Shown here piece after piece: positions 62,890 to 64,000 of a stretch of DNA of 64,000 nucleotides (position 1 is its first letter; each line of letters begins with the position of its first letter). Where the stretch lies: contig JBBAWM010000001.1 in NCBI GenBank assembly GCA_040397175.1, positions 281,976 through 345,975 of the forward strand, read 5' to 3'. This DNA comes from Candidatus Limnocylindrus sp. (GTDB lineage Bacteria > Chloroflexota > Limnocylindria > Limnocylindrales > Limnocylindraceae). The notes under the pieces are model-generated. The model saw nothing but the letters and a program-made list of their open reading frames with translations. It did not search any database and was not told the DNA's origin. Both the position numbers and the translations under genes were made by a program.

Positions 62890-63680
62890 GTGCGCTTCCT
62901 CTGGAGGAAGGAACCGATCGCTACGGCGCTCACTGCAACCATAAAGAAGATCGTTCCGATGGCGTTGACTTGCGGCGGTACGCCAATGCGCGCAGAGCCC
63001 CACACAAACATTGGGAACGTGATTGTTCGTCCAGCGGTGAAGTTGGTGATCACGAAGTCATCAATCGAGAGGCTGAAGGCAAGGAGGCCCGCCGCGGCGA
63101 TTCCAGGCAGGATCAGCGGAAAGGTGACGCGCCAGAAGGTCTGCCACCCGTCGGCACCAAGATCGGCCGAGGCTTCTTCCAGTCGGCGATCAAAGCCGGC
63201 GAGTCGTGCCCGCACCGTCACGATCACGTAGCTGATGTTGAAGGTGACGTGGGCGATCAGGATCGTGAACTCATTGAGGGGGAAGAAGGGGGGCCTGCCG
63301 ATCGCCACGAAGAGGGTGAGGAGCGACGCGCCGAGGATGATCTCGGGGGTGGCGAGTGGAAGGAAGATGAAGAGACTGGTCGCCGGTCGGCCGCGGAACT
63401 GATAGCGCACGAGTGCGAGCGCTGCGAGTGTGCCGAGCGTTGTGGCAACCAGCGTTGAGATGAAGGCGATCCGAAGGCTATTCACCACCGAATCGAGGAG
63501 GCCTGGAATCGCGAAGAGGTTCGCCCAGTGATCGAGGGTGAAGCCGACCCAGGTGTAATTAGTCTTCCCTACCGGATCATTGAAACTAAAGATTCCAACG
63601 ATGAAGATCGGCAGCAGCAGGTAGACCAGGGCCAGCCCCGTGTAGGCGCGAAGCGCGTTGCGGCCGAGCCAACGCAGCAT
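62886..63680 (-). CDS. potC: Spermidine/putrescine ABC permease PotC-like
   Basis: FSFN, LEEASADLGA (EAA loop) and SIDDFVIT. Confidence 0.85.
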   Translation of the reverse strand: MLRWLGRNALRAYTGLALVYLLLPIFIVGIFSFNDPVGKTNYTWVGFTLDHWANLFAIPGLLDSVVNSLRIAFISTLVATTLGTLAALALVRYQFRGRPATSLFIFLPLATPEIILGASLLTLFVAIGRPPFFPLNEFTILIAHVTFNISYVIVTVRARLAGFDRRLEEASADLGADGWQTFWRVTFPLILPGIAAAGLLAFSLSIDDFVITNFTAGRTITFPMFVWGSARIGVPPQVNAIGTIFFMVAVSAVAIGSFLQRKRT

Positions 63681-64000
63681 CAGCCGATCCCCGTCTCAAG
63701 TTCGTCGGTGCCGAGCACACGCGCATAGATAAAGACGGCGGCGAGGATGCCGGCCATCAACATGAAGCTGAGTGCCGCCGCGGTCGGGTAGTCGTTGTTC
63801 ACCAAGAATCGACTCTGGATCACATTGCCGATGAGGCGCGTCTGCACGCTTCCCAGCAGCTCTGCATTCACGAAGTCGCCCATCGCGGGAATAAAGACGA
63901 GGAGGGAGCCGGCGAAGACCCCTGGGAGTGCGAGTGGGAGCGTGATCCGCTGGAACGCCCGAATTGGTCCGGCATACAGATCCTTCGCCGCCTCGACCAG
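63680..64000 (-). CDS. potB: Spermidine/putrescine ABC permease PotB-like, 5'-truncated by the window edge
   Basis: LVEAAKDL EAA loop, FIPAMGDFV, IGNVIQ and AAALS. Confidence 0.85.
   Translation of the reverse strand: MVEAAKDLYAGPIRAFQRITLPLALPGVFAGSLLVFIPAMGDFVNAELLGSVQTRLIGNVIQSRFLVNNDYPTAAALSFMLMAGILAAVFIYARVLGTDELETGIG

Overview
GC-rich, very compact bacterial chromosome segment with about 65 CDSs and 3 tRNAs (Glu-CTC, Arg-TCT, Lys-CTT). Most genes in operons overlap by 1-8 nt. The gene mix (F420 genes, the SCO1664/DUF3090/MSMEG_4193 triad, a RibXY-like ABC importer, lipoproteins, no outer-membrane genes) suggests a streamlined monoderm, probably a freshwater Chloroflexota such as Limnocylindria; this is inference only. 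Main contents: a phosphate/polyphosphate cluster (phoR-like kinase, GDPD, sixA, phoU, ppx, CYTH, ppk1); an F420 cluster with a CofC-CofE fusion; central carbon genes (aceE, pfkA, fumC, ppc, lpdA, lipA, class II aldolase); purine salvage; CrtEb/CrtI-type carotenoid genes; folE-mutase B12 domain-meaB; M16 and rhomboid proteases; polyamine uptake and catabolism; and a BspA-repeat surface protein next to tRNA-Glu. No mobile element, CRISPR array or recognisable defence system was seen. The most notable signals are pervasive leaderless promoters, a probable CTG start codon, Streptomyces-like PHO boxes, two similar structured leaders before purine genes, an SD-sequestering leader on the iron permease, and several intact genes whose enzymes lack catalytic motifs, clustered at 56.3-60.1 kb around a TPR-rhomboid protease. 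All calls come from reading motifs by eye; no searches or folding programs were run.
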